Shown in pieces: positions 26,528 to 41,318 of a stretch of 64,000 bases of DNA. The position numbers and the translations under genes are program-made. Position 1 is the first letter of the stretch, and each line of letters starts with the position of its first letter. Below the pieces are notes generated by a model, which was not told the DNA's origin, searched no databases, and saw only the letters and a list, made by a program, of their open reading frames with translations. The DNA lies in NCBI RefSeq assembly GCF_963921235.1, contig NC_086097.1, positions 46,254,001 through 46,318,000 of the forward strand, read 5' to 3'. The stretch comes from Mobula hypostoma (taxonomy: Eukaryota).

Positions 26528-29269
26528 GAGTTGGAGTCCCCAAGGCAGCCCTACATCGAGTTCAATGCTGACTGGCAACTCCTGGAGAGGGGGAGCCTGC
26601 TGCATGGGCAACAGCTTACTCTACATACTGTACAGCCCTGACTTGTGTATCATATAGACTGCTAGGATGTAACATCCATGATCAACCTTGACCAACAAAG
26701 TGCTTCCAAATCCCTAAGATGTTAATAGTGGGGTATTCAACACGTGGATACACTGAATCCCAAGGGTAGTTGTTCAGTTCTTGCCTTTTGAAAATGGTCA
26801 TTGTCTGATAATTTTTGAAGCAATTTATCCTGTTCATCAGCCCATACCCAAAAGTCAACTAAGTTCTGCTGCATAAAGTCACAGATGGTTCATTTTCTGT
26901 GGAGTGGCAAGTAGATTTCACCATTGTGCCATGAGCAAACATTTCCGCTTCTAACATTATGATGAAAGGTTACTTTCTAGTTTTTAATGAAGGACCTGAA
27001 GGTGTTTGGGTCTAAAATGCTGCTCCAAAGTTCAAAGTACATCTATTATCAAAAGTATGTATATTATATATAATCCTGATATTTGTCTCCTTACAGATCG
27101 CCACAAAACAAATAAACATAATATAACTCATTAAAAAAGACCTACAAACACCCAACGCACAAAAACAACATGCAAACACTAAAAGCAAACATTCAGAACT
27201 GAAATTCACAAAAGTGAGTCCACAGCCATGAGGCCAGTCATCACTGCAGCCAATCCAAGAGCCCATTAGCTGCATGTTACATCCTCTGAACACTGGCCTG
27301 TCCCTTGCCTCCAGCCCCGACACCATGACCTTTTCAATCTGGCCTAGCACTTAAATCAGCCAAACAGCGGGTCGTTCTTCATTCTCAGACCTAGGCCCTG
27401 TTATTTCAATACAAGGAACTCCAACTGTTATACTCAAGGACTAGGATGAAATGGATTTAAAATAACTGCAAGCATTTTCCTTGGGCAAGGTATAGTTTCA
27501 GCCAATGGAATGCTTTGCTCTTGATTCTCACTGGCTTCAGTTTTACCGGAGCCACTTGACATGACATATCATGAATAAAGTTGCCTAAAGGGTAATCACC
27601 ATCACCTCTCCTTTGAAATTCAGCACTGAAAGGCTGTAATGAGTACTGAATCGAATGGGTATTGGCAAAACTCAAACTGAGCAGGAGTGAGCATACTCTT
27701 GGAACACAAGAATTACTTGACAGCGATATTGATAACACCATCCATTATTCTGCCAATGAAAGCAGACAAATTGGACAGCTGACAGTGGTTGACTTGGAGG
27801 AGAATGTAGTTAGTGTTTTCACAGACCATCACTTCATGTCCTTGCCGGCCTACGAGTTCAAGAGTACTGTCAAATTAGCCTTATATATTAGTAGATTATG
27901 GCATAAGCTTCAGTAGTGGAGAGTGTGAAGGATAAACACCAAACAAGTACTTCCCTTTCTTCTGGATAGTACCAAGTTTCTTGAATGTCATTGGAACAGC
28001 AATAGATAGGAAGATAGATAGATAGATAGATGTACTTTATTAATCCCGAGGGAAAATTGGTTTCGTTACAGCCACACCAACCAAGAATAGAGTGTAAATA
28101 TAGCAATGGACACATTCCTCCTTGCCTTGTGAATATGGAGAAGTTTTGAAGTTTCTAAATACAAATCCTACCGCCAGAATCCACCACTTCAGGATATATT
28201 AACAGACTATTTAGCAAACAAAATATAATTAAAAAATCAACAGGATTTCACACAAAAAATGTTCCACAAATCCTATGCAATCAACATGGTTACACAAAGG
28301 CAAAATTTATTGCAGTTGATCTTTTTCCCGGGATGCAACCAGAACAGCAGTTAGATTGAGGTAAGTGGTTGGAATACATATTGATTTTTAAAATACATTT
28401 AATTAAACTAACTCCCATCCCCCAAAGTTTGTAATGTTAAATAAGATCATGTGGTATTAAGGAAGAAAATACATTATCATGGACTGAAGTTTGGTTCAAG
28501 AACAAAACACAAACTTGCGATAAAGGGATTATTTTACATTGGCAGGCTATTATTGGCAAGCTGCCAGAGAGATCAGTATCAAGTTCTTAGCTGCTTAAAA
28601 GTTGTTATTAATGGTTTTAAAGAAAAGATCAAGTATAACACCCAAGTTTATTGATGGTATAAAACTGGGTTGGAAACTGAGCTACAAGGCGGGCATAGCA
28701 TTTGCAAAAGAATGAAGACAGGTTAAGCGAGTGGACAAAACAGTTATAGATGGAGTACGATATGCAGTTACGCAGTGATGGAAAGGAAAAAAAAAACATG
28801 CTTCGTAATGAAACTTGGTGAGCCAATTCAAAAAGTCCAGAAAATAAACTTGGAGTTACAAGCAGCAGTCACAAAGGCAAATGGTATGTTGGCCTTAATT
28901 CCAAATGGGCTGGAATATCTAAGTAACAAAGTCTTAGCTAACCCTGTGTGTACTTCTTTCCTCCATATCTAAAGGACGTCCTTGATTTAGAGTTCATTCT
29001 TGTTGCATTCTGATATATTATGTAAGCAAGGCCTAAACTGACTGCAGTTTTAAATAAACAAGAGACAGAATGAACACACTTCTGGAAGGATTAGGAGGTT
29101 AAGAGACTAGAACTAAACATGGAGGTGAAGGTAGGAGAGAAGTCAAGAGAGGCCTAGCTGCAGAGTAGTCAACCACTCTCTCTTACTGAAGGTGGTTATT
29201 GTTGAGTAATGGTACCTTCTGAATACCACCTTCCAATTATTAGTCTTGCTGCACAAAGGCATGGGCTGC

Positions 29270-29800
29270 TTCATTTTCTGAACACTTGAAAACAGAACTG
29301 AACATCGTACAATCAGCAACATACATCATTGCAACCAAACAATTAGAAAGAAGGTGGTTGACGCAGGTGAGGGCCTATTAATCTATGTTAATACTCAAGA
29401 CCATATTTTAACTTTGGTGAATTGGTGCAAGTTCTTAAGCCGATAACTCTTCCTCTGTCTTATCAACATTGAGGAAGAGGTTATTTGCCAGGTACTAGCT
29501 CTTCCATCTCTTTTCTGTAGGCCACCTCATCATTATTGGTGATGATCCTTACCGATGTTGTGTCATTGGTGAAATTAACAATGTTATCAGTTGGGTGTCT
29601 GGCAATGCAGTCATATGTGAGCAAAGTGTACAGAAATACACTCAGCACATAGCCCTGGGTGACACCTGTGTTGAGGATGATGGGGAGTGAGGAGTGGTTG
29701 CGTATCTTGACTATCTGATGCCTGTTGCTTAGGAAGCCCAACACCCAGTTGCATAGTAGTGTATGTAGACCAAGTAGCAGTAGGAGTTTGCTCACCGTCT
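29270..29800 (-). mobile_element. Old Rex1-like RT fragment
   Basis: ORF 29481..29831 'NTGVTQGYVLS...YTLLTYDC...FTNDTT'. Confidence 0.75.
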
Positions 29801-30149
29801 CCTTTCTAAATGAAAAGAGCAGTGGATTCATCGAATATAATGTTAAACTATTGTGGAACTCACTTTCACAAATTTCTGATAGGTTTTACCATTATGTGTT
29901 ACCAGATCCACATATCAACTGAAGTACAGGACTTAGAAATTCAATGCAAAATGGCAATTTTTTTAAGATGATACCAAACCAATAAACTGAGTTGCTTTGA
30001 AATTATCAAGATGAGTGACAGAAATACATTGATTTGTGGCAGTTTGGTGTTTAAACAATGAACAATCAGTGATCCGAAGTGTGAGAGAGCATAGCGCACT
30101 CAGGTTCACCGATTGAATACATTTGTGGCAGTTTGTCTTTTGAACAATG

Positions 30150-33100
30150 GCCAATCAACGACCAGGATGGAAGTGCAAGAACAAATAAAAATAAAGAAGA
30201 GTGGTCATTGCTGGAGTGGACAATGTTAAAGTGGTTATTCACAGCTTTAGCTCTTCAAGGGTTCAGTAAGGAGTAAGGAGAAGCTTGAGTTGGAGGAAGC
30301 AAAAAAGCTGTAGGTAGGTTCCTCCTCCCTCCTCCAGTTTATTTATTGTTTCCTTCTTTATAATTGCATGGCTAGAACAGCAATGATAACAGGCAGGACA
30401 GTTGAATGCTCCTCTTGCAGGATCTGGGAAGGCAGGGAGGCCTCAAGTGTCCCTGATGACTTCACCTGCAAGTGCATCCAGCTTCTAACAGTTTGTTAAG
30501 GATTTGTAGCTGGAACTGGATGAACTCCGGAACAATTGGGAGGCTGAGAGGGTGACAGATAGGACATATAGCGAGGTAGTTACATCCAAGGTGCAAGATA
30601 CAAGAGAATGAGTGACAGTCAGGAAAGGGGAAAAAACGGTTAAGCAGCAAGTGCAAAATACCCCTGTGGCCATTCCGATCCTCAACAACTATAACACTTT
30701 AGATACTGTTCCAGGGGATGACCTAGCAAAGGAAAGTTACAGCAGTCAGGTCTGTGGCACGGAATCTGTCTCTATGACTCAGAAGGGAAGGGGAGGTCGG
30801 GGTGAAGGAGAGAGCTGTGATGATAGGGCATCCATTAGCTCAGGCAACAGGAAGGAGGTTCTGTAGACAATGGTAAGTTGCCCCTGGGTGTTAGGGTCCG
30901 GGATCTTAGATCGAGTCCTCAGCATTCTTAAGTGGAAGTGTGAGCAGCCAGAGCTCATGGTCCATGTAGGTACCAATGGCATACGTAGAAACTTGATGAG
31001 GTTTTGCAAAGTGAGTTCCGGGAGTTAGGTGTCAAGTTAAAGAACAGGACCTCCAGGGTTGAGATCTTAGGGTAGCTATCCAGGCCATGTGCTAGTGAGG
31101 CCAGAAGAAGGAAGATCTAACACGTGGTGTAGGAGAGAGGGCATCACACTTTTGGATTGTTGGGCTTTTTTCCAAGGAAGGTGAGACCTGTACAGAAGAG
31201 ACAGTTTGCACCTGAACTGGAGGGTAACTAATATCCTAGCAGAAAACTTGCCAGTGGTGCATGGGGGTGGAGGGTGGGAGGAAAGAAGGTTTAAACTAGA
31301 ATTGCAGGGGGATGAGAACCAAAGTGCCAAAACAGATAGAGGAGAGATTGTGGAGGCAGATGTCATTAAGACCTCAAAGTTAGGAAGCAAAAGGTTGTGC
31401 ATGGTGCAACTTTTAATGTAAGAAATATTGTAGGAAAGGCAGATGAGCTCAAGGCACGGATCGACACATGGAATTATGGTATTGTAACCATTGGTGAGAT
31501 GTAGTTGAGGAGGGGTAGGACTGGCAGCTCAATATTCCAGGGTTTCGTTGTTTTAGATGTGACAAAGCGGGACGGATTATAGGAGGAGGAGTGGCATTAC
31601 TGGCCAGGGAAAATGTCACTGCAGTGCTCTGTCAGGACAGTCTGAAGAACTCGTCTGGAAAGGCATTATGGGTGGAACTGAGAAATAAAAAATGTACGAC
31701 CATGTTAATGGAGCTATTACAGACCACCCAGCAGTCCGGGGAATTTAGAGGAACAAATTCGTAAAGAGATTGCAGACTAGTACAAGAAACATAAGGTTGT
31801 TATAGTAGGTGATTTTAAACTTTCCACACATTGACTGGGACTCCCATACTGTAAAAGTACTAGATGTTATAAAGTTTGTCAAATGTGTTCAGGGAAGTTT
31901 CCTTAATCAGTATATAGAAGTCCCAAAGAGAGAGTGTGCAATACTTGATCTCCTATTAGGGAGTAAGACAGAAATTTGTGTAGGGAACACTTTGTATCTA
32001 GTGATCATAACCCATTAGTTTCAAAGTAAATATGGGAAAAGATAGGTCTGGTCTGTAGGCTGAGATTCTAAATTGGAGTAAAGCCAATTTTGATGGTATC
32101 AGAAAGGATCTGGCAAGTGTGGATTGGGACAAGCTGTTCTCTGGGTGTATACTTGGTGTAATGGAGGCCTTCAAAAGTGAAATTTTGAGAGTACAAAGTT
32201 TAAATGTGCCTGCCAGATTATAAGGTAAAGATAACAGGCTTGGCTTTCAAGAGATATTGAAGCCCTAGTTAAGGGGAAAAAAAGGAGGTGCATAGCAAGT
32301 GTAGACAGGTAGGAACAAATGAGGTACTTATGGAGTATAAGAAATGCCAGAGAACACCCAAGAAAGAAATCAGGAAGGCTAAAAGAAGGCATATGGTTGC
32401 CCTAGCAGACAAGTTGAAAGAGAATCCTAAGGATTTCATGTGACAAAGTTGGTCCTCTGAAATATCTGAATGGTAATTTATGCATGGAACCAAGAGATAG
32501 GGGAGGTCTTAAATGCTTTCATCTGTATTTACTCAGGAGATGGACACAGTCTATAAAATTGAGGCAAAGCAGCGACGAATTCATGGATCCTATAAAGATT
32601 ACAGAAGAGGAAGTGTTTGCTATCTTGAGGCAAATTAGTGTGGATAAATCCCCAGGGTCTGACAAAGTGTTTCCTCGGACCCTGTGGGAGACAGATGTAG
32701 AAACTCCAGGGGCCCTAGCAAAGATACTTAAATCATCCTTAGCGATGTGAAGTAAATGAGGATTGGAGGAAAGCTAATATTGTACCGCTGGTTAAGAAAG
32801 GCTCTAAAAATAAACCAAGAAATTACAGGCTGGTGAGCCTGACCTCAGTAGTGGGAAAGTTCTTGGAAGGTTTTCTAAGAGACTGGATATGTGGGTATTT
32901 GGATAGACATGGACTGATTAGGGATAGTCAGTATGGCTTTGTATGTGGTAAGTCATGTCCAATCAATCTTAGAGTTTTCTAAGGGAGTTACCAGAAGAAT
33001 TGATGAAGCAAAGCAATGATGTTGTCTATGTGGACTTCAGCAAGGAATCTGACAAGGTCCTCCATAGGAGGTTGGTCAAATTCAAAATGAGATGGTAAAT

Positions 33101-34105
33101 TTGATTAGAAATTGCTTTGCAGGACAAGCCAGAGAGTGACAGTAGATAGTTGCCTCTCTGACTGGAGGCTTGTAACTAGTGGTGTGCCACAGGGATCAGT
33201 GCTGGGACTGTTGTTGCGCATCTTCTATATCAGTGATCTGGATGATAATTTGGTTAACTGCATCAGAAAATTTGTGGATTGCCCCAAGATTGTGAGTGCA
33301 CTAGACAATGTGGTAGATTATCAGAGCTTGCAGCAGGATCTAGACCAGTTGGAAAAATGGCAGATAGAATTTAATACAGACAAATGTGAGGTGTTGCACT
33401 TCAGTAGGGCCAGCCAGGGTAGGTCTTACACAGTGCATGGTAGGGCACAGAGGCATGCGGTAGAACAAAAAGACCTTGGAATACAGGTCCATAATTCGTT
33501 GAAAGTGGTATGACAGGTAGATAGGGTTGTAAAGAAAGCTTTTGCACATTGGCCTTCATAAATCAAAGTTTTGAGTACAGGAGATGGGATGTTATGTTGA
33601 AATTCTACAAGGCGTTGGTGAGACCTAATTTCAAGTATTGTGTGCAATTTTGTTTACCTACCTGCAGGAAGGACGTAAATAAAGTTCAAAGAGTACATAG
33701 AAAATTTACAAGGATATTGCCAGGACTGGAGAACCTGAGTTACAAGGAAAGATTGAATAAGTTAGGATTTTATTCCTTGGAATGTAGAAGATTGAGGGGG
33801 ATTTGATATACTTATACAAATTATGATGGATATAGACAGGGTGAATGCAAGCAGGCTTTTTCCACTGATGTTGGATGGGACTACAACAGGAGGTATGTCT
33901 GGGTTAAAAGTGAAAGGTGAAAAGCTTAAGGTGAGCATGAGGAGAAACTTCTTCAACAAGACTGTCATTAGAGTGTGGAATAAGCTGCCGGCTCAAATGG
34001 TACATGCCAGTTTGATTTCAAAATTTAAAAGTAGTTTAAACGGTTTAGCGTGGACTAAATGGGCCAAAGAGCCTGTTTCTTTGCTGTACTTTTCTATGAC
34101 TCTAA
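30150..34105 (+). mobile_element. Near full-length decayed CR1: ORF1 (zinc finger + SGNH esterase) and ORF2
   Basis: ORF1 remnants 'ECSSCRIWE...FTCKC', 'VHVGTN', 'DSLHLNWR'; ORF2 EN/RT remnants 'DWDSHTVK', 'GVPQGSVLG'; 3' tail tttctatgactcta. Confidence 0.9.
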
Positions 34106-36256
34106 ATAATACCAGATGCAGAAAAACACTGCATAAAGGAAAAACTGGGATGAAGTAGATATTGCTGATTAAACAGAAGCTAAAGTTGAACCTTACTACA
34201 CAATGTTTTGTAATGCACAACAGCAATCAATGAAGGCAACAGAAAATTCTACATCCAACTTTGATTGCCATTTAACAAAAAATTATTGCAGGGAAGAATC
34301 ATGAGACTGATTCCTGAAGTAAGATCTGAGGGGGCCCTTTAAAGATAAGAAAGAGGCAAGTGAAGAAGACAGACTTAAGCATCTAAAATTAAGAGAATGG
34401 AAAATTTAAATAACTTATGCAAATCTGCAACAATAAATTTAGAACATTGGGAAATCCTTCTCAACAATGGAGTTTGGAACAATTTTCTAGATGGAGATGG
34501 GAGGCAAATTTTAATTATTAAAGGAAGAATTAGATGACATAGTAACTGGTCTTTAGGATCTTCCTCAATTGATAAATTTTGTTGAATGATCTTTCTCATC
34601 TATAACAATGTTACCTGGAACAAAAAACAATGATTTGGGAAATCAAGACTGAAAAATTCAAATTAGAAACATTTTTGTAGAATGTCACAAATTTATCATT
34701 TGATGGAGTATTTTAAAACAGCTTAAACTAATTACCCTCCTCTCTAGATACAACTGACAATATTATTTGCCTGCTTAAGTTAGTAGATTGTTTAATTTAC
34801 TCTTTACCACAGCTTTGCTGCATTTCCCATTGGCTAGAAATCAGATTCCAATGCCAACAGCATGTCCCTATCTAACAATTCGGTGGGGGCGGGGGGGGGT
34901 GTGGACTGGCTTCCTTCCCTGCTAATCAGCAAATTCCAAGAGGGCTATTAAAAGTGGACCTATCACAATTGCCTGCAAACCCTGACCCAGTGCAATGCAG
35001 ATGCTCTAGCAACATCTTGTATTCTCATCCTGCTGTGGCAAAATCTCGCTGCCACATCCAATCGTGCATATAATTAGTCTCAGCAGACCGAGTTTTATTT
35101 AGAAACTACTTTTGTGTTCTCTGCTGTAGTTTATTGATTTCTCATCTTACTTTGCCCCTTCCTCCATCCACATGATCCATTTTCAACCTCGTTTGTTCCA
35201 CTTTTTCCTAGTATTTTACTTCTTTTTCTCGTCTCCACTTACCAAATTTACTCCTTTCTCCAGTTTCCTATCCTTGAAGCCTTCTTTATAGACTATTTTG
35301 AATTTCCATCAACTTTATTTCAGCCCCAGTCCAATGCTATTCTGCACAAGATATTCAAGGGTACCACAGTCATACATAATCAATGAACTGCACGAGTGTG
35401 CAATGCCAGAATAAAAAATGCAAAGGCAATCAAACACTGCCTATTTCATGTACCATCACAGAAGATGTATTATAAATAAAGATCACTAGCTCTGAGTAGG
35501 ACTAAAGGAGTCAGAAAGAGGAAATGAAGGAAAAACTGGAGCTGTGCCTCACTTTATTCCAAGATGGCAACACTTCATATTGTGAAGGTATAAATTAAAA
35601 GCTAATCAATTTTCTATCCTTTTCCTAATCCTAACTTTAGGTTTTAAATCAACAAGGTTTTCTGAAACTTTGCATGTCTGAAAGACAATAGATTTTTAAA
35701 ATTAAAATAATTATCTTACCTTGTGTAAATCTATTTGCGGTGCTCCTAATTAACCATTTATATTAAAGTGAGCATTAATTTTACAATATTTCAGTTGTGG
35801 TTGAACTACCATTTTATAAAGGTACATTATCACTCCCTTTTTCTTGGTTCTATCAGAAAATGCAAGATTTAGTTTATTATTTTTTAAACCCTTTTCAACA
35901 AATTAGACATCATTTTCCTTCTCTCCAATCTTGTAGTTTAGAATTGTGTTGTCCAGTTTACCTTCCCTTTCCTCATTCCTCCCACCAAAAATAAAAATAT
36001 AATTCTCGGAATTAAATGTTATCTGCTCTATCTGCCCAGGTTATCCACTGAAATTCATGCCCTTGGAATTTATTACTGTCCTCCTCTCTATTCTGTTTTT
36101 GGCCATCTGCCAATTTGGAAATTGTTCTCCCAAGTCCTAATTATTAACATACATTCACCAGTGCTTCTAGTACTGATTCCTGGGGAGCTCCCACAAATTC
36201 AAATTTAAAAAACTCTTTCACTACTACTGCATTTCTTGTTATTTAACCACTTTACA

Positions 36257-36985
36257 TCAGGGTGCTCTTTGCTGACTGCAGTTCAATACCATCATCTCCT
36301 CAAAACTAATCAATAAGTTCCAAGACCATTGCCTCAATACCTCCATGTGCAATTGCATCTTCAATTTCCTCACTTGCAGACCCCAGTCAGTTTTGATTGG
36401 CAACAACATCTCCACAATCTCCACAGGCACTTGAGCCAAAGGGGATAAACTTCACTCGCCCTATCATTGAAATGTTCCCACAACCAATGGACTCACTTTC
36501 AAGGACCCTTTGTCTTATGTTCTTGATATTTATTGCTTATTTATTTATTATTTCTTTCTTTCTGTATTTGCAGTTTGTCTTTCGTACTCTCACTAAACGC
36601 CCAAGTTGGGCAATCTTTCATTGATTCTGTTATGATTTACTCAGTATGCCCCTCCACAATCTGCAGCAACACGCTGAAGTCCTGTGGAGGCTTGTGTGTT
36701 TCTAGGACTTCTGCTGGCGATGCCAATTCAAGGCCATCCATGTTGGAACGGCTGTGGACAAGATGCCAGATGAAGATTGATCTAACTGCAGCTCCCGAAT
36801 GGACAGACATTCATCTGCCCTTCCCCGGCCACACTTCATCATTTGAAGCTTTAGAAGCGTGAAGGGAAAAACATCTGCCATACGAAACAACAACAACACT
36901 GAGTATGCCCACAGGAAAATGAATTTCAGGGTTGTATATGGTGACATTTATTTACTTTGATAATAAATTTACTTTGAACTTTATA
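36257..36985 (+). mobile_element. Internally deleted Rex1-like element
   Basis: Homologous to 56690-57945; tail gataataaatttactttgaacttt. Confidence 0.7.
36652..36897 (+). mobile_element. Nested retroposon 3' fragment, possibly RTE-like
   Basis: (caa)n tail; 13-bp TSD actcagtatgccc (36639-36651) / actgagtatgccc (36898-36910). Confidence 0.65.
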
Positions 36986-39769
36986 CTTTTACTCTATGAC
37001 CTTCAGCCCGATGACAAACCTATTACATTGCACCTTATAGCCTTTTATAAGTACAAATATACCAAACCAAATATACCAATATTCCCTTCATCAACCTTCT
37101 CTGATCTTTCATCAAAAAAAATAACTCCCATGTTGCTTCCTCTAATCAATTCATGCTCATACCTGAGACTACAAATCTGTGCCTAATTATTATTTCTGGA
37201 AATTTCCCCATCACTATGGTTAAACTGACTGCTCTGTAGTTCCCCAGTTCAGCCCATACATTTTTTTAAAAACTCTGCAGTCAGGCATAATCACTGAATT
37301 CAAAGATGTTGGAAAGATTACGACCAGAAGCACTGAATTTCTTCAACAAGCATGGAAGCATCACATTTATATCACTAAGTACATCTACCCTTTCTAATAT
37401 CTCCAATTTATCAATTTCAACCCACCCAAAAATCTCAATTATATCGTTTGCCAAGACAGCACTAATTTTCACCAAGTAAGCATTTAGTACATCAGCCATG
37501 CCCTTTTTGTACTCTGATCTCCTCTTATAACCCTTTTCCTGTTTACATGCCTGTAAAATATTTTCAGATTCCTTGTTTTATGCTTGTTTTCGGACTTTTT
37601 TCTTTTTTAAAAAAACTTTCCCCATTGGACTTAATATTCAGCCAGATTTTCAGTTGTGTTAATAACATGGTACGTCATGTTCGTTTGTTGCTTTACCCTC
37701 TCTTTTTGATCATGCATGGTAAATATCAATCAGTTCTCATATCCTTCTCCCTTGTGGGAACATAACTCGACTGTGGCTGACATTCTTTAAAGGGTTCCTA
37801 TTGTTTAAATATATTTTTAGCCTGTCAAGCTTTGTATTCGACATACCTCGGCTGGACCTGTTTCTATCCTACTGAAATTGGTTCTATTCCAGTTAACTAT
37901 TAATGGTAACAAACTTGATGGCTAATGACCACTACAGCAGCCATTTCTAGTCCCCAGCAATGGCCCCACTTGCCATGCTGGCTGGCGTACTGGCTTAGTC
38001 CCATATTTCAATGGCAAATGAGCTGAGGTATGTGATGCTGCCACTCAACGACAGCCTTCACATACAGTCTCTCTGCAATGAGCCATAGGCCAAAAATTAA
38101 GTTCAAATTTAATTGTTATTCAACCATAAAGGTGTATACAGCCGAATGAAACTGTATTCCTCTGGGGACAAGGTGAAAACACAGTATATTCAGTTGCACA
38201 TTGCAACAGCAAATACAGTCACAACAAATAATATTAGCACAAGTGCCTAAGTGGCATGGTGTGAATATTGATGGCGCACAGGATGATGGCCCGGAGACAC
38301 ATTTCTGCAAGAACAAATAAGCAGCAGTTCCCCATTTTACACTGGTTCAGCAGACAAAGGCAAGTCATCCTGTCTTGTATTGCATCAGTCGCAGTCAATT
38401 CAGCTCATCTTCCAGGAAGCGAACAACAGACAGCAGCACCGACAGGAAGGGCCAGACCCCAACCCAGCACAGATTCCAGTGCACCCAGCGCGCTTGTTAT
38501 CTCCCAAATCATGTACCCCTGAGTGGCTGGAACAGGCGATGCATGGCATGAGGGCCTGGTCTGCAGAACAATTGAGGTCACACAATTCCCCCCGCCAGTC
38601 TTACCAATAAACCGGACTTGCAGTATTTTATATTACCAAAGTCCGAAAGGGTTTTGTGATCACAAGTAAAACATTTACGACCAGGGAAGCCACTGCGACC
38701 AAGCCCAACACCATCTTACCAAGACAGGGGTTCATACTGAGTTCAGGTTCAGCATCATGTAGTTCTTGTAAATGACTTCACTTAAAAGCTACCTATACCC
38801 GAGTGTTGGGGCCACAGGGCCAAGGATTCTACAGCATTCTGAAGGTGGTAATGAGCACAGAGACCAAAGTGATTTTTTTTCTTCAAGTTGATCTTTGAAT
38901 AATTAAAATCACCTATTATTATGAATCAATGTCCCTATCTTTTTTGTGGGCTGCCTTGGGTATACAGGACAATTCCTAAGCTGTTAGTAGGAGGCAATAA
39001 AAAAAAAGCCACAAAAACTATAGTTTTGGAGATACAGGAATTGAGAACCACTGGTGAGATATTTCAGAATGGTTCTAGTGATAAGGATTTTAGTATTGTG
39101 GGATGAGAGAATATGAGGTTTTCTTTAGTGTAGAAATTGCTAAAAGGATCTGGTTGAGGTTTTCAAAATCATGAATATAAGAAAAACTGTTTACAGTAGA
39201 GAAGGTCTAGTTAACAGAGGCCACAGATTCAACATGTATAAGCAAAAGGACTAAAAGAAAAAAAATTAAAATACAAGTTAATCTCAATTTGCACTGCCAA
39301 TAAAGTGTTTGGAAGCACCTTAAATGGTAGAATTCAAAAAGCTGAAAAGGAAAAGAGCTACAGTACCTCGTGTGGGTAAATAGCAAGGGATTAAATGGCA
39401 GTACTATGCAGCACAATTGGATGATTCTACATTACTTACAGGCTCATCTTTTTTACTCTACTGCTGTATTATATTCCACATAATAATATCTCTTATTTAT
39501 ATGAAGCCACATTTTTTTTGCACCATTTAATAGTCTGGAATAATTATATTTCCATCAAATACAGTAAATTTCTTTTAATCTCATCTGGTAACTACTGTAC
39601 CTCTAAGAGAATTGCATATACAAATATGACCTTTTTGATATTCTTAAAGATTCTATAAATACACTCATGTTAATGTTATTTTTATTGCATTTTTAATTTT
39701 ATCTCTTAACTGCTACTGTGATCACTAATCTCTTAATTGTCATTGTGATTTTAAAACAGCTGACACATG

Positions 39770-39975
39770 ATGAGGTGGCACTGTGCTGTTTCCTCACAGC
39801 TGCAAAAACCTTAATTCAGTCCTGCCCTCAAGTTTCCTCTGTGCGATGTTTGCACATTTCCCTTGTGGCTATGTAGGATCCACCTCAAATCCCCTATTCC
39901 CACAACCACCCACGTGTTCCAGTTCCCTCCCTCATGCTAAAGATATGCTGGTTAGTAGGTTAATTGGTTGTTAAA
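39770..39975 (+). mobile_element. Old V-SINE/HE1-like SINE
   Basis: 'gtttgcacatttccc...aaagatatgctggttagtaggttaattgg'. Confidence 0.6.
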
Positions 39976-41318
39976 CATAAATAATACTTAATATTGTATA
40001 TACAGATTTATTGTTGGTTCACAGCCCATGACGATTATCAAATAGTCATCATACTTCTCATTATAATGCACAGTAGTAGAGGTCACTAATAATCTGTCCT
40101 TTGCTACAACAATGCCTATTAAGGAAGAATCTAACAAATTATGAAATACACTCCTCTTGATTCTCAGAAAGGGCTGTTAGTTCTCCACCCCATTTCAGGA
40201 AACACAATCTACATGAAATGATTCTGAACTCAAGCCAGTCCTACTAAGAAATGGTTTTCATCCAATTCCAGCACAAAAAAAACGGAGAGAAAACCGCTAT
40301 AAATATCTTCCCCAATATAGTACTATTATTTTATTACAATTTTAAATGCTGTAATCTCAATCAAGTTATCCAGTGTTTTAAATTAGAAATCTAGTTCCTG
40401 TACAATCTAATTTAATCAAAGTGGCAATTATGGAAGCCAAAGTGTTTGTTATTTTGCAAAGTAAGTAGAGCTGAACGTTATGATCACTTATAGACAAAGA
40501 AGGGATGTTGTGGGGAGGATGATTGAACAACCTACTTGAAACCTCATATTTTAAAGTTTTAGTTATTAAAAAAAAAAGCACACACATGGTTACTGACAAT
40601 AAGTTAGGTACTTCATCACAGACTGCATCTGCAAACTCCCAGCTGATTTTTAAAATTCTTACCTGTTTTTAAATTGTTCCATGGCATCACCCCTTATTAG
40701 ATCTGTAATTTTTTCCAGCTTTAAGCATCTGAAATATCTTCACTTCTGCAATTCTGAGTTTGAATCATTCCTGAACTTAAGACTGTCAGGCCTTCAGCTG
40801 TCTGGGCTCCAAGCTCTGGAACTCTCTCCCTAAACCTTTCTTTCTCAGTACAGTGCAACCTTGCTATCTTGTTTTATTAAGCTTCCTGAATTTATCATGA
40901 GTGCTACTATTTCCCACAAGACCATAATTATTTTCATTTATAATATTGTCCTTAAAATTGTTCCTGACAAGCACGTTATATCAAGGTTTCACTGTACTTT
41001 TCTTTCATCCTTTAAGGCAGTCCCTAAACCTTACTGATCTTATCAAGCTTCTTACATCTGCTTTAAGTCATCCATATTTGACTCAATTAAATATTACTTG
41101 TTAGCATTGCCATAAGATAGTTTGCTGTGTTCAAAGCACTTCCTCAGGGCAAATAGTGGTAACTTTTGATAATGTGGTAATTACATTGGTTTAACACTAA
41201 AAAGATACAATGTACATGAAAACAAGATTAAATCTCCAAAATTATACAGAGAATCAGTTAGTAATTATAAGACAGAATTAATGACTATAAAAATGATCAA
41301 CAATCCACGTTTTGACTA

